A model generated the notes under the pieces. That model did not search any database. It had not been told where the DNA came from and saw only the letters and a program-made list of their open reading frames with translations. This document shows, in pieces, positions 1-12,825 of a stretch of 64,000 bases of DNA. Each line of letters starts with the position of its first letter. Positions within the stretch are counted from its first letter, which is position 1. Source of the DNA: Octopus vulgaris. Its lineage: Eukaryota. Position numbers and translations under genes: made by a program. The DNA lies in assembly GCA_951406725.2 (NCBI GenBank), contig OX597814.1, positions 87,110,001 through 87,174,000 of the forward strand. The letters are read 5' to 3'.

Positions 1-87
1 GCCTAGTGCCAAAATCTGAAACCATTATTATTATTGTTGCCATTGTTATTATTATTGTTATTATTATTATTTAAAATTTTCAACTAG

Positions 88-276
88 GAATATTTTGAAT
101 ATATTGGGAAAGAAACAAATAAAGATTTAGAAGTGTTAGTTCGCAAATACAAAGCCATTGGGCCTTTGATAACCAAGATAGAAGGAATGCTGGTCCAAAG
201 TAACACTGGTAAATCTCCCAAACTACATCAGTATTATAAATACTGGGAGAGAAAAGTCTATGAATCATTATTAAAG
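88..276 (+). CDS. DNAH10: DNAH10 exon w1 (tail)
   Basis: tag|GAA...AAG|gtag; EYFEYIGK...KYKAIGPLITKIEG...YWERKVYESLLK. Confidence 0.9.
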
Positions 277-603
277 GTAGGTGTAGCTTGTTTTATAAAT
301 TGTCCAGTTTATACATTATTCTGTTACTTAGTTCTACCAACTTTTGTTTTATCAAAAATGATAATTGTCTCCATACATATCTGAGAAGATTTGGCTTTAT
401 GAAACACCATGACCCTCCTCCTCCTCCTCCTCCCCTCCTTCTCCCCTCTTCCCATCCTCCTCCCTCCCCCTCAACCACCTTCATTACTATGACCACAGTT
501 TGGATACTTATTAATCAGACTATGTATAATGCAAGACAAATACACATACATACATATGTATATATACATATATCCATGTACATAATTGTCTACATACTTT
601 CAG

Positions 604-764
604 ATGATCACCAATAATCTGAAATATTTCAACTTTTTGGTTACCTCACCAAAGCCTTTGTTCTACATTGAAGCCCTTCTTGCAGCACCAGAGGTCATTC
701 TTCATCCTTCTGCCAATGATATTTTCAACATGACCATGCAAGCTTTTAGAGACTGCATTAATGG
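604..764 (+). CDS. DNAH10: DNAH10 exon w2
   Basis: ttttcag|ATG...GG|gtag; MITNNL...PLFYIEALLAAPEVILHPS; ends phase 2. Confidence 0.9.
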
Positions 765-1504
765 GTAGGAACATACAATTTTTTTCTTTTCATTCACTCT
801 TAAACATTTCCATTGTTTTAAGAGCTTCTGTTGGATTTTATTTTATACTTCCACATATGCTTTCTTAGTCTGACATCAATTTTCACATATTTAGTTATTT
901 GCATAACAACTGCTGTAATATATATTTTTACAGCTACTTACCTTTCTAATTTCTAATCAAAAGGCAGGTTGTATGTTTTCAGTTATATTGAGATAGGCTA
1001 AATAAAGTAGTTATTACTCTAATCCTATTTCTTACATATTTTAAGGTCTTATATATTTTACTAGGCATATTCAATCTGGAACATAAAGTTATGCCATGAT
1101 ACAGTACACTCTAAATTGAAATATGATCTAGAAATTAATGATATTATAAAAGATAATTATTTCAAATAAATCCAAAATAAAAAAAAAATGTTCTAATCCG
1201 AACAATCTTTATATAAAAGTAATAAACTCAGGCATATAAATATATAAATGACAATTCAATCAAAATGGTATTAATGTTTTAATGATAAGGGGTAAAACAA
1301 CTATCTCTGCACAACATTTTTATATCCATTTTACCAATCAATCTAATAATATGCTTTTTTTTGTTGGTGTTTATTTGTAAATTTGTGTGTGAAATTGCAT
1401 GTTTAGGGTGATGGGCTCATGATTAGAAGGTCGTGCATTCACTTCCTGGACCAAGGGGCTCATTGTGTTTTTGAGAAAGGCGATACATTTCATGTTCACT
1501 ACAT

Positions 1505-2160
1505 CTCAGGCTTTTGGTTGCTTTTGGACCACAGTGTTCTCCAACAAGAATCTGACCACTTCCATGAAACTTGCTGTGTACAAGGCCATTGATATATCCA
1601 TTCTTCTATATGGTGTGGAAATCTGGATAATTTACAAGCACCTGAAAATTCTTGAATACTTTCACATCAAGTGTCTCCAAAGCATCCTGGGTGTCTCATG
1701 GGAAGACAGGATTCTACATAAAACCATCTTGGAATGCTGCAACTCCTTCAGCATAAAATCTCTTACTGTCAAGTGTCAACTTCACTAGACTGACCATCTC
1801 ATCAGGATACCCTGCTTGCATCTCCCATGTATTGGAGAACTTACTGAAGGCCAATTATCTGTTAACGGACAGAGGAAGAGATACAAAGATCAAGTTGCTG
1901 CCATCATGCAGAAATGCAATGTTCCTCCTATGGATTTGGAAACTCTTGCTGGGGATTGAAGCAGATAGAGGACCATCTGCCATTGAGCTTATGAAACCAC
2001 TGAAGTAAGGCATTGTCAATGGCTTCATGAGTGTTGCGGCTGCTGCCATATTGCCTCCAAAATACAGCTCATTGGTTCCTTGTCTAACCTGTGGAAAACT
2101 CTGCTGCTTGGATTTTGATCTCTACTCATAGTGTGTTCACCATCTGTATTTGGCACCAGC
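1505..2160 (+). mobile_element. Decayed 3' fragment of RTE-clade LINE
   Basis: KLAVYKAI..SILLYGVEIW...FHIKCLQSILGVSWEDRI resembles the RTE ORF C-terminal region; stops and frameshifts follow; boundaries approximate. Confidence 0.75.
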
Positions 2161-2670
2161 TTGAAGGGTTGTTGTCCTTGAGAGTTGTGGGACCTCCAAG
2201 CAACGTTTCATGTTGTTCGAGTCTACTCAGCTGTTTTAACTATCAGCCCAGTGCTGGTGCAGCCTACTCTTTCTCCAGCTGTTACATCCTGGATCATGGG
2301 TTTGGGAGTCAAGAAGGTGTCAGTGCTATACATAAGCACCTAAAACAAATAGTGAAAGTATAGCACATGTTACCTAGTCATACTCATTCATGAATGACTG
2401 CTTTACTCCTTCGCCATTTGTGAATTTGCATATTACTGAAGCCTGTTTTTTCATTTGGATGTTTTATTATGATTCATTTAGTTGTGAAGTAGAACTTTTT
2501 GAATGGTTAACAGAGATATCTGTTTTGTTTAGAAGAACTACTTAATGTTTGAATTTATGGCCATGTGATTAATCAATTTCATTGCTACTGTATTTTATAT
2601 AACACATTATTTAACATTTTGTGCCATGTTTAATCTTTCATCTTATTTGAAATTACTCTAAACTTTCCAG

Positions 2671-2902
2671 AACTAAGAAATTTGTTCGGTGGATGCATGG
2701 TACTGTGTTGTTCTGCCCACCAGTTACCATACCAGGAGAAAATGAGCCATATATATTCTCATTTTATTACGATATTGTTGGACATATGTCTGTTTTAGAA
2801 ATGAAAGACGTTATTGAAAATAATATAAAGAGAACTCTTACAGCAATCCAGAATAACCTCTTAAGATGGAAGAAATTCAGATCTATCTTGGTGGTTGATA
2901 AG
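2671..2902 (+). CDS. DNAH10: DNAH10 exon w3
   Basis: ttccag|A...AAG|gtaag; TKKFVRWMHGT...FSFYYDI...WKKFRSILVVDK. Confidence 0.92.
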
Positions 2903-3652
2903 GTAAGACAAGAGGGATTACTGGATTAATCTTCTAATAATTTTTTCATATAGGGATAAAGTCTGCAATGTATAGAGAAATAGGAAATAGTTATGACAGA
3001 TACAACTTTCTGAAAGGCATTATCAATATAAATGAAATAAAATAGAACTTGGAATTAAGATTTGATTTCACTAGGAGCTTAATTTCAACCCTTCAGTGCT
3101 TGAACTCTGAGTCATTGATCAAATTAATTTTTCATGTATGTTTTTTCGTTGGTACATTCTTTGACTGTCCTTATATTAGGATGGGCTTGAAAGTGCAGAA
3201 AAATTAAACTACCCAGCAGTAACTCATATTAAAATATATAAATGTAACTTAATTTCTTTATAATGATTTCTTTCTTCCTGGTGAATTTTTGATAAATGTT
3301 CAAATTTGGACAGTATTCTGTAAAGTGTTTAATTAAAATCTGATCTTAAAAGCCCTTTACTTAAAATATTAACTATTATATTGATTAAGAGCAATGAATT
3401 ATCAGGAGAGGGTACAATGCTAGATTTAATTCTTGTTCCTGAACATTTTAGGTTTAAATCCTGTATGGTTTTAAGCTTTTGCTGTTCATTTCTCTTGTTT
3501 GACTAGGAGCTCACTTTCTCACCAGGTTAAATAGACACCAGTAATATATGGAGAGCTGCTGATAGCTAAGTAGACAAAGTACTGCACATTCAACTAAAAG
3601 GCTGATGATCTGGCATCTGTCAACAATGCCACCACTGCTGTTGTCCTCGTTG

Positions 3653-3683
<31 letters not shown>

Positions 3684-3915
3684 CATCATCATCATCATCA
3701 TCCTCATCATCATTTAATGTCTGTTTTCCATGCTGGCATGTGTTGCATGGTTTGACTGCATCTGATGAATCACAGAGCTACATCAGGACCCAATGTCAGC
3801 TTTGGCAATATTTCTACAACTGGATGCCGTTCCTATTGCCAACCACTTTACACTATGTACTGGGTATTTTTTTTCTGTGACACTGACATTAGTGAGGCCA
3901 CCAAGTAACTTACAC
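3653..3915 (-). mobile_element. SINE/LINE 3' tail with (GAT)n end
   Basis: Reverse complement resembles the LINE tail at 28900-29100 (catgccagcatggaaaacagacattaaatgatgat). Confidence 0.7.
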
Positions 3916-4243
3916 AACACAGTAAAAAAAGATAAAAGAAAAAGCCCTTGCATCTAAGGTTAAGTGGGAATGTACTTGAAAGAGAGGGAGATGGTTTCAA
4001 GTGAGGTGTTGAAGGTTAAAGTATGGTAGAGTGTCTTGCTATAGAGGAGATAGATGGTTTGTCCACATTATGAGACGATGGGTGAGAGTTGCTGGAAGGA
4101 GATAAAAATGGTGATAATGGGGTACCTGAGCATACTCACAAGGTACAAGAAGGTGATTATAAGGGAGAATATAGATTTTGGATCAGATTTTTATTGCTTA
4201 TTAATTAATTACTAATTTTGTTTTATTGTTGTCCTATCTCCAG

Positions 4244-4498
4244 CAACTGAGTGCAAACAAATGGTTTCTCAGCAAACCCACATTGATTGATTTTGATAAT
4301 AAACTCCAGCATTACTATCTATGCATTGAAGAAATACGCAAACAAGCTGTAATCCGAGACCAAGACTTTATTCAGATGTCCATAAGACCTCTAGCTTCTG
4401 CTATTGAACAGCATGCTCTAAACTGGATCCATATCATTGGGAAGCTGCTGTATGACTCTGCGCGTGAAAATCTCTTCTCTCTCAGTGATCTCTTTGAG
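4244..4498 (+). CDS. DNAH10: DNAH10 exon w4
   Basis: ctccag|CAA...GAG|gttag; QLSANKW...KPTLIDFDNKL...SDLFE. Confidence 0.9.
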
Positions 4499-4943
4499 GT
4501 TAGTGTTCTTCTGTTTTTGATTGTGGGTGTTGTGGTCATTGTAATTATTGATGTATATACCAGGGCTGTTGCATTGTTTGTTGTGGTTCTTGCACATAGA
4601 TATACACTCTCGAAAGCAAGGATTATTACTGTTATACTTATATGTATATGAATTCGTGTGTGTGTGTGTACATAAGCTGTTTTCTAATAGATGTGCAAGG
4701 CCTCTTTTTTTGATTGATTCTAGAAAGAAGAAAGGAAATGTTAATTCCTATAATATTGCTTGATTTTTTGTATATTTATAATTGTATGTGTATGTGTGTG
4801 ACTATGCATAGCATTTTTAGGTATTTGAAATAGAGTGAGAGAGAAAAAAACAAAACAAACAGAAACTATAGTGAATAACAATAAGGTTTGGTGTGATATA
4901 TATATATATATACTTTTCTTACTTCGATCAATTAAATTTGTAG

Positions 4944-5102
4944 ACAAAGGACAAAGAACTGGACCATCCCCCTGATACACTAGATGACCTGAAATTTGTT
5001 CTAATGACCATCAACTCAATTCGACTGATGTCAATTGATGTGGAAATTAAAGCATGTTTAATTCAGGAACAGTATCGCACCTTGGAGTTACATAATATCG
5101 AG
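4944..5102 (+). CDS. DNAH10: DNAH10 exon w5 (not in ORF track)
   Basis: tgtag|ACA...GAG|gtagg; TKDKELDHPPDTLDDLKFVL...QEQYRTLELHNIE. Confidence 0.9.
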
Positions 5103-6067
5103 GTAGGTTGGTGAGATTTATTACAAAGGTTCCTTTGGTGATTTTTAAGTATCTATTATAATATTCTGACTGCTTATAATATGCACCAGCTGTGATTGTG
5201 ATATTTAGGCACATTAGATAATATTTTAGTAAGTTACTTATAGTTAGTTATTACACTGTTTTAGGTACATGTTTTTAATAAAATAATACAAAATCAATAA
5301 AAATTGTGATTCATGTATGAACTCTCTAATTGACTAAATGTTTGAAATTGCATTCAGGGTGTGGAGGGTTTAAACTTGTCAGAACAATATCTTATTGACT
5401 TTTTGAGACAATAAGTCGAGCAAGTTTTTTGAAGTTTCCAATAACCTGATTTCTGCCTATACTTCCTAAGTTGATCATGCAGATCACAATTTCTGGTCTT
5501 TATAACCAACTCATTGAAAATACTCACATCTCACAGTATCTTTATCTGTTGATCTAACAAGTATTCTACATAGATACTGTCTAGATGTCTTGATGTATTT
5601 GGACTGTCTTCAGACTGGTGCATTTTGGCAATCTTTTCGACGCTAGTTAGATAGAACTCCATGAGATTTGCAGAGCTTTTACATCCTCTTCCCTCTATTG
5701 GATAATCCCACATAATCCCAGTATGTATCTTAGATACCATTCCAATTTCCCATTATTACTGAAAATTGGAACAGTTTTAAGAAAGCTTCAGGTACAAGTG
5801 CATACATTTCTGAAACCCTGGTCTCATTGATGACCCCTAGTGACATGAAATCATTGAGCAACTGGTTTCGTTTCAGTCTCAATTCCAGGCCAGTACATTT
5901 ATACATCTTTCTCTGAGTGCTTTTGTATTAAATTTCTGAACCCTTCTTTTGGTCAGAAAAAGGGAAATGAGAGATCACTTTATGGATTAGTAATTTGTTC
6001 TTCCTGATGAAAAACCTCCATATTCTGGAACACTCATATAATACCTTGGACTTTTTCCTTAATATTC

Positions 6068-6350
6068 AGTGCTGATGTCACATAAAAAGCATCCAATCCA
6101 CACTTTAAAGTGGCTGGCATTTGGAAGGGCATCCAGCTGGTAAAACCTTGCCAAAACTGTATTCGCTTGTGCTTGTGCCACATAAAAAGCACTCAGTTCA
6201 CTCTGCTGAGTTGTTGGCGTTATGAAGGGCATTCAGCTGTAAAAAGCCCTGCCAAAACAGATAGAGAAGTCTGGTGCAGGCTCTGGCCTGGCCAGCTCCT
6301 GTCAAACCATCCAACCCATGCCAGCATAGAAGACAGATGATGATGATGAT
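6068..6350 (+). mobile_element. RTE-tail element with duplicated aaaaagca...gaagggcat module
   Basis: Similar to 28900-29100; ends tccaacccatgccagcat...(gat)n. Confidence 0.7.
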
Positions 6351-6463
6351 TCTCAACAGGAGTCAGTAAAGTAAGGTAATTCTGCTACTGATGTTGCTAT
6401 GAGTGCCAACTATTAAATTAAACTTTGCCTTATCTGTTAAACTTTGTTTTTATCTGTTATTAG

Positions 6464-6580
6464 ATTACTGATGAAGAAAAGAAATCAGTTTCAGAAATAT
6501 TTGTCCTCTGGGATGATCTCACACAGAAAGCTAAGAATGTTGAATTTAGCCTGAGAATTGTGAAAAAAAAATTCACCGAG
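6464..6580 (+). CDS. DNAH10: DNAH10 exon w6
   Basis: attag|ATT...GAG|gtatg; ITDEEKKSV...WDDL...VKKKFTE. Confidence 0.9.
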
Positions 6581-7559
6581 GTATGTTATAGAAGTGAAAA
6601 AAATAAAAGTTAATGGTGATTCCTGTAGTTTGGTTGAGCTCAACCTGGAAGAAAATGATAATCTGCATAAAACTCTTAATTCATTTGCAGCTTATATTTA
6701 CTGGTGGATAACAGTTTTGCATTTAGCATATGTTCAAAGAATACCTTGTTCAATGATGTACAGTTATGAGATGTTTATAGTCTTCTATAGTTTTTATTAG
6801 AGGAGGTAAGGCAATGCCCGTAGTCTTTACTGTGTATTAATGTAGTAAATGGTCAATTTGAATGTTTGCAGGTTAGTGGTTAAAAAAAGAAATGTGTTGT
6901 GAGGAAGTAGCAGTGAGATACAAGAAGGGTGGAGCAAAGTAAATACTATGGAGTATGAAAGTAAATTACAGTGAAGGCGCTGGAGAGAGTGAAGAGAAAG
7001 TACATTAATGTGTTTAGATAGCAGTATTTTGCAGGTAGTAAGTTTTAAGGAACAGAATCATTGTAAAAGTGATAGAAGGGATAGACTGAGAGAAAGTTTG
7101 ATAGTCAAATAAATAGAATTTTATTGGATGTGCTTTGATTATATGAAACAAAAATGATTAATATAAAAAAATGACTAATATAACAAACATTTTTCAGTTG
7201 AACAACCATATTAATATATCTACAGATGGGTGTCAGTTTTTGCTCCTAAAGATCATATCCCCAGATGAAGAGTAGGCAATGGCTATAATGAAAAAGATGA
7301 TAATGTATTTCAGTAGAGTACCATTGTCTATGTGGAACCATATTCTAAAAGGAATGTATATTTCTCGATCAAACTTAACTGAGGGACAGTCCTCAGCTTC
7401 CCACCAGATGTTTCAAATCTTAATTCAATTAAAGTTTAAGCTGTTCTGTCTCTTCAACTTGAATTGCAATGTTGAACTTGTCTAGGAGCAGCCAAATCAG
7501 CGACATGTTTATATAGATGGTATAACCCTAAGTCTATCATTTTTACTTTTCACTCACAG

Positions 7560-7662
7560 ATAACACAAAACCAAATTACAGACTTCAGTGATAGACTAAA
7601 AGAATTTTATGAAAGATTCGGAACTGAAGGACCTGGTACTGTTGGTGCAGACTTGGACAAAG
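7560..7662 (+). CDS. DNAH10: DNAH10 exon w7
   Basis: cacag|ATA...AAAG|gtttc; ITQNQITDF...FGTEGPGTVGADLDK; ends phase 1. Confidence 0.9.
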
Positions 7663-7906
7663 GTTTCTGTTTTTCTTTTATATAGTCAATATATCTGTAT
7701 ATATCTCTTAAATAATTACAATCATACAGCTGGTCACTTTGAGTCAAAGTTTGTAATTTTAAAATGTAAGCTTTTTAAATGTAAATCAGTCAAGAATATC
7801 AACCATTTCCTTGATAAAATTATTCTTGTAAGCTCTTATTTCTGAATGTTTTTCCTAAAAAGAAATTTATGACTCCAACCCACACCAGTGTGGAAAATGG
7901 ACGATA

Positions 7907-7938
<32 letters not shown>

Positions 7939-7977
7939 CGATGATGACAGTGATAACGGTGGTGATGGTGGTGATGG

Positions 7978-8015
<38 letters not shown>

Positions 8016-8037
8016 ATTATTATTATTATTATTATTA
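7907..8037. repeat. Compound (GAT)n/(GGT)n/(ATT)n microsatellite at an RTE-type tail
   Basis: Seen directly; preceded by tccaacccacaccagtgtggaaaatggacg. Confidence 0.9.
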
Positions 8038-8443
8038 GGGAAATGCTATGAGATCCATTGAACCCAAGGCTGTATGGGAAAACAGATGTAAACCTATGAC
8101 AATAATAATACTGAACTTATTGTATACATTGCTCAGGTGCACAACAACTCATCATAAAAGGTAGCCAAAAGTGCAAGAACAGCACATAATATAATGCACA
8201 GAAAGTGGACAGTTAATGAGTTGTTTAAAAAAAAGTGGTGAAGACATCAGATGTATTGTTGGTGAATTTTGGGAAGTATGGAAGATTTAAATGACAAAAA
8301 AATTAAATCTAACCCTTTGTAAAATTTGAGTAAAAATATGTTATTCATGTTTTGATTAATTTTGTATGCATTTAATGTGTCCTTAACACAGAGTTTGAAT
8401 GCTAAGATTAACCTTTTCCCTAATATTTTTGTCCTTTAAACAG

Positions 8444-8622
8444 GTGTGGATTTGATGAAGGACTACATAAAAGAAATGAATAAATTTGAAGCTGAAAGAC
8501 AAGAATTAGCAAATGCTGAGAAACTATTTGATCTTCCAATTACAATGTACAGTGATTTATTGTCTGTGCAAAAGGAAATGGTCAGTTTAGAAGCCTTGTT
8601 TAAAATTCATACTAATCAGAAG
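8444..8622 (+). CDS. DNAH10: DNAH10 exon w8
   Basis: aacag|GT...AAG|gtaag; RQELANAEKLFDLPITMY. Confidence 0.93.
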
Positions 8623-8770
8623 GTAAGTGATCAATCTATAACATTTTTTGAAGTATTAAATAAAAGCATGCTTGTCCCCACTATATATTCCAGCTCATTC
8701 TGAGTTATTTTTATCTTACTCTTTAACCCTAATCTCTCTTTAATTTTGTACTGTTTGTAAATAGTTTAGA

Positions 8771-9221
8771 ACTGGAATTATGTATATAGATATGTGTGAG
8801 GGTATGTGGCCTAGGGGTTAGGTGTATTGCATTTACAATTGAGATATTGTAGTTTCAATTCCCAAACTGGCTGTGTGTTGTGTTCTTGAGCAAATCACTT
8901 CATTTCACACTGCTCCAGTTCACTCAACTGTAGATGGATAAGCCTGCAATGGACTAGACTCCCAACCAGAAGAAATGTTGGTTTGCTTGTCTAGCCGGCA
9001 GGGGGATTCATCATTCAGAAAGCTGGTTGGGAGGCTAGTCCATTGCAGGCTTATCCATCTACAGTTGAGTGAACTGGAGCAATGTGAAATGAAGTGTTTT
9101 GCTCAAGAACACAACACACAGTCAGTTTGGGAATTGAAACCACGATCTCTCAATTGTAAATGCAATACACCTAACCCCTAGGCCACATACCCTCACACAT
9201 ATCTATATACATAATTCCAGT
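8771..9221. repeat. Inverted repeat, 199-bp ungapped arms (8771-8969 / 9023-9221), 53-nt spacer, containing a tRNA-derived SINE head
   Basis: Manual comparison gives 7 mismatches in 199. Confidence 0.95.
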
Positions 9222-10179
9222 GTATTGTGACCAGCGATGTATAACAATATCTGATAGCCTGGTTGATCATGTGATACACGTATGCATATACAAACAAGGC
9301 AATAAAATGTTGTAAGAAGTCACTCAAGGAAGAATATAATCAATGCCCAAGATAGAATATATATGTATTCATTAATAGTTTAAGATGTTAATATTCTATA
9401 GCTTCACTCCCTGGGTTTCATGGCAGTTTAGGCAATAAAACTATTTTATCTTGTTGAATTTCCAATGCAATTTGGGGTCAGGTACATAATCATGTAATAA
9501 AAGCAATATGCCTAGGTTTTCACCACTTACTGCATATTCCCCCCCCACTCTACCCATGCTTTCTTGGCAATGTCCTACTACTTATATAATTACCTCTGTA
9601 CCTCAAGGGTATGCCCTGGTATTTGCCACCATATATCTCTCTCTTCTTTTACTTGACCATCCCATTCATATTCTGATCCCTGTTCCCTGTGAGTATGTCT
9701 GGCACTCTGCCACAATTTCTCTCCTGCTGTCTTGCACTTTTGCTATCTCCTACTTTCCCTCTCCTTCTCCCGCTCTTCCCTCAGGCTGGGTAACCATGTA
9801 TCTCCTTTACAGCACCTGTTTCTGTCCTCATTCCTGATCACTCCAACTCTCGCTCTCTCTGGCCAGGTAACCATGTACCTCCTTTAGAGCAAGACACCTG
9901 TTTCTGTCTCTCTGTTGCACCATAACCTTCCATCATCTGACACAAGATCACTTCCTCCAATGTCCCTCCCCTCTCAAAGGATTTTTGTCTTGCAAGTTAC
10001 TCAGTGACCTTACCAGTGCTGATGCCATGTAAAAAGAATCCAGTCCACACTGTAAAAGTGGTTGGCATTTGGAAGGGAAACCAGCTGTAAAAACTTTGCC
10101 AAAACTGACCTCATCTGTGCTTGTGTCACATAAAAAGCACTCAGTCTACTTTGCTAGATGGTTGGTGTTAGGAATGGGC

Positions 10180-10397
10180 TTTGATTTTCCAGGAACAGCT
10201 ACATGCCACATGGGGAGCATTCACACCTAGACTTAAGGCTGTGATTCAAAACAGAGGTGGTTATATCGAATAAATGTGGCGGTGTCATAATTGTGTTTCC
10301 TTTACCATTGCATTACAATACTTGGACCAAAAATATGACAATATTTTGCTTTGGCAAAATTGAAAAAAGTTGGTTGCCTTAATTTTGGAACACCCTG
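10180..10397 (+). mobile_element. Right end of a Tc1/mariner-superfamily transposon
   Basis: Encodes ...PRLKAVIQNRGGYIE* (transposase-type C-terminus), then a TIR-like end ggaacaccctg|TA. Confidence 0.7.
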
Positions 10398-11364
10398 TAC
10401 ACAGATGTACACACATATATATATGTATGTGTATATATATTTGTATGTATATATGTATGTTATCATCATTACCATTATTACCGTCATCATCATCATTTAT
10501 CAATTGAGTTCCATGCTGGCATGAATTGGATGGTTTGGACTCAAGACTGCAAAACCTGGGTGGGGTGGCTAACATTCCTGTGAGGTGGTGCAGGGTTAAA
10601 GTATGAAGGAAGGGAGGGAGAGAAGGGCAAGCAGGTTCTTGTAGATGAGCTACATGGTTACTCTCCTTTAAGAGAGAGAGTGATGAACACAACAGTGATT
10701 TACATATTTGTGTTTAAATCTGCTGGAATAAATATGCAGATCATTTTTTTGAATCTTGCTGTTCACACAGTACAAATGCTGATTTATTATTGGTTGGCAT
10801 ATATCAGCAAGGATCAGAGGACAGTCTGCTCGCTGAAATTATAAACACATGTAGCAAGAAATATTTTGATCGACTTGGTTAGGCATCTTCAGATTCTTCA
10901 CCTAAATATTGTTATAGAATCTGCTCTTTCCTAGTGGTTTGTCATACATACCTTACTGAGATGATCTGTATTTAAACCTTTTTAACTGATCTGTATTTAA
11001 CCGTGTCACATGTGATACATAGGACAGGCAAAGAGTTAAACAAGCATGGACGTATAGGACTAACTTGTGAAAATGATTTGGACAGACAAAGGCTTGAAAA
11101 TTTTTACTTTTCCACATTCCAAAACAGCTGAGTTTAATATTACCTATTCCAGAAATTGACTTCTACATGGCTACAGTCTGGAAACTGAAACTTGTAAAAG
11201 AGAAAAAAATAATTTGCATTAGGTCGTTAAAATGTGGCACTTTTGCTATCAGGTTTGTAGTGAGTGACCTAAAGAGACTAACTTAATCACTGTTATTTAT
11301 ATGACTCTACTCATCGTAAAAATGGAAAACTAACATATCAAAATAAAATATATCTTTTTGATAG

Positions 11365-11576
11365 GAAGCCAGAGAAGAATGGTCAAATACCTTATGGGCC
11401 AATCTGAATATTCAGCTTCTTCAAACAGGGATTGAAAATTTTATTAAAGCATTCCGGAAACTTTCTAAAGAAGCAAAAGCTATGCCAGTTGGCAAATCAG
11501 TTGAAGAACGAATGAAAGAGTTTCGGGATTCTTTACCATTGTTTGTAGATTTAAAAAATGAAGCTTTGCGAGAGAG
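11365..11576 (+). CDS. DNAH10: DNAH10 exon w9 (start of DHC_N2/linker region)
   Basis: gatag|GAA...AG|gtttg; EAREEWSNTLWANL...LPLFVDLKNEALRE(R). Confidence 0.94.
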
Positions 11577-12293
11577 GTTTGTTTTATATTCCTTTAATTA
11601 TTTATATCAGTTCTATAGCTTGGTACTGTAGTGTTTTTTCTATATACAAGACTTAGTCAGTACTTTTATTGTCATTCTTTTTTTTTTTTTTGAGAATAAA
11701 AATACTGCTGTTGATAATGATAATGGCAGCAGTAAGAACATTGCTAACATTGAGGAAAATACTGAATGTGTTGGAAGTGTGGTTATTGAAGAGATGACAA
11801 TCATGAGGCTAATACTATGATTTTTCCTATGGTTGGATTGGATACTACCAAAAGTTCAATAGGAAAACCTTGTTCACAGTCCTTTAAGAGATTTCTGATT
11901 TTTCACTCCTTAAAACCTTTACTGAATGAAGTTGCTAAAAAATACATATTAGCGAAAGCTGTATAGATATAATCTCTTGATAGAATAAAGATCCAGGATA
12001 CAAACATGTTTATGTGGTTACGAAGTTTATATTGTAAATATATCATTCCTGATTCAATCCTACTGCATGACAGCCTAGGTAAGTGTCTTCTACCTCAGCC
12101 TCAGCTTAATAAATACTTCAGGAATGAAATTTGATAAAGAGAAGCCTGTTATATGTGTATATCTTCCTCCTCCCCTTCTCCTTTTCCACTAAAGGAATCC
12201 TCTTTACCCTAAATCAGTTTTTATTTGTGATTACTGCCCTCCTATGTGATGCAACCTCTAAAGACAGCTTCCTTCAACTATTCAGGCACTGAG

Positions 12294-12438
12294 CAGTTCT
12301 TTACATTATTTACATTTGACAGATATTTGTCCTTGTCTGGTTTGTTGTTAACATGTTTCAACTGATATACCCTCCAGCCTTCATCAGATGTCTTGGGGAA
12401 ATTTCGAACCTGGGTTCTCATTCCTAAGGTATTTTTGA

Positions 12439-12473
<35 letters not shown>

Positions 12474-12585
12474 CCACTGCCTGGAATTGAACTCGGAATG
12501 AAAACTGAAGTCTGTCACCCACCTGTGAAAGCAGTAATTAATGTAAAAAAAAGAAAAATATTCCAAGTTCAATTCCAGGCAGTGA

Positions 12586-12644
<59 letters not shown>

Positions 12645-12825
12645 TCGAAAAATACCTTAGGAATGAGAACCCAGGTTCAAAATTTCCCCAAGACATCTGA
12701 TGAAGGCTGGAGGGTATAACAGCCGAAACGTTGTTTTAACAACATACAAGATGAGGACAAATATCTGTCAAATGTAAATAATGTAAATAATGTACATAAT
12801 TCCTCATCTCTTAAATATAGAACTG
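12294..12825. mobile_element. Inverted two-arm element (12294-12499 / 12560-12825), probably Penelope-dependent and non-autonomous, flanked by an 11-nt direct repeat
   Basis: Arms are reverse-complementary; ACTGAGCAGTT at 12288-12298 and 12822-12832; hammerhead core in each arm. Confidence 0.75.
12692..12737 (+). ncRNA. Minimal type I hammerhead ribozyme motif (Penelope-type), partly decayed
   Basis: CUGAUGA(12697)-A-stem II GGCUG/CAGCC-GAAA(12725)-CGUU with palindromic AACGUU; stem I GACAU/GUUUU imperfect. Confidence 0.65.

Noticed and set aside
288-617. Pro-rich ORF and its Gly-rich antisense ORF
   Set aside because: Arises from an intronic (CCT)n low-complexity tract between exons w1 and w2
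9508-9910. 109-aa ORF and short duplicated ggtaaccatgta.ctccttta motif
   Set aside because: Pyrimidine-rich decayed repeat sequence; no recognisable protein motif or splice context
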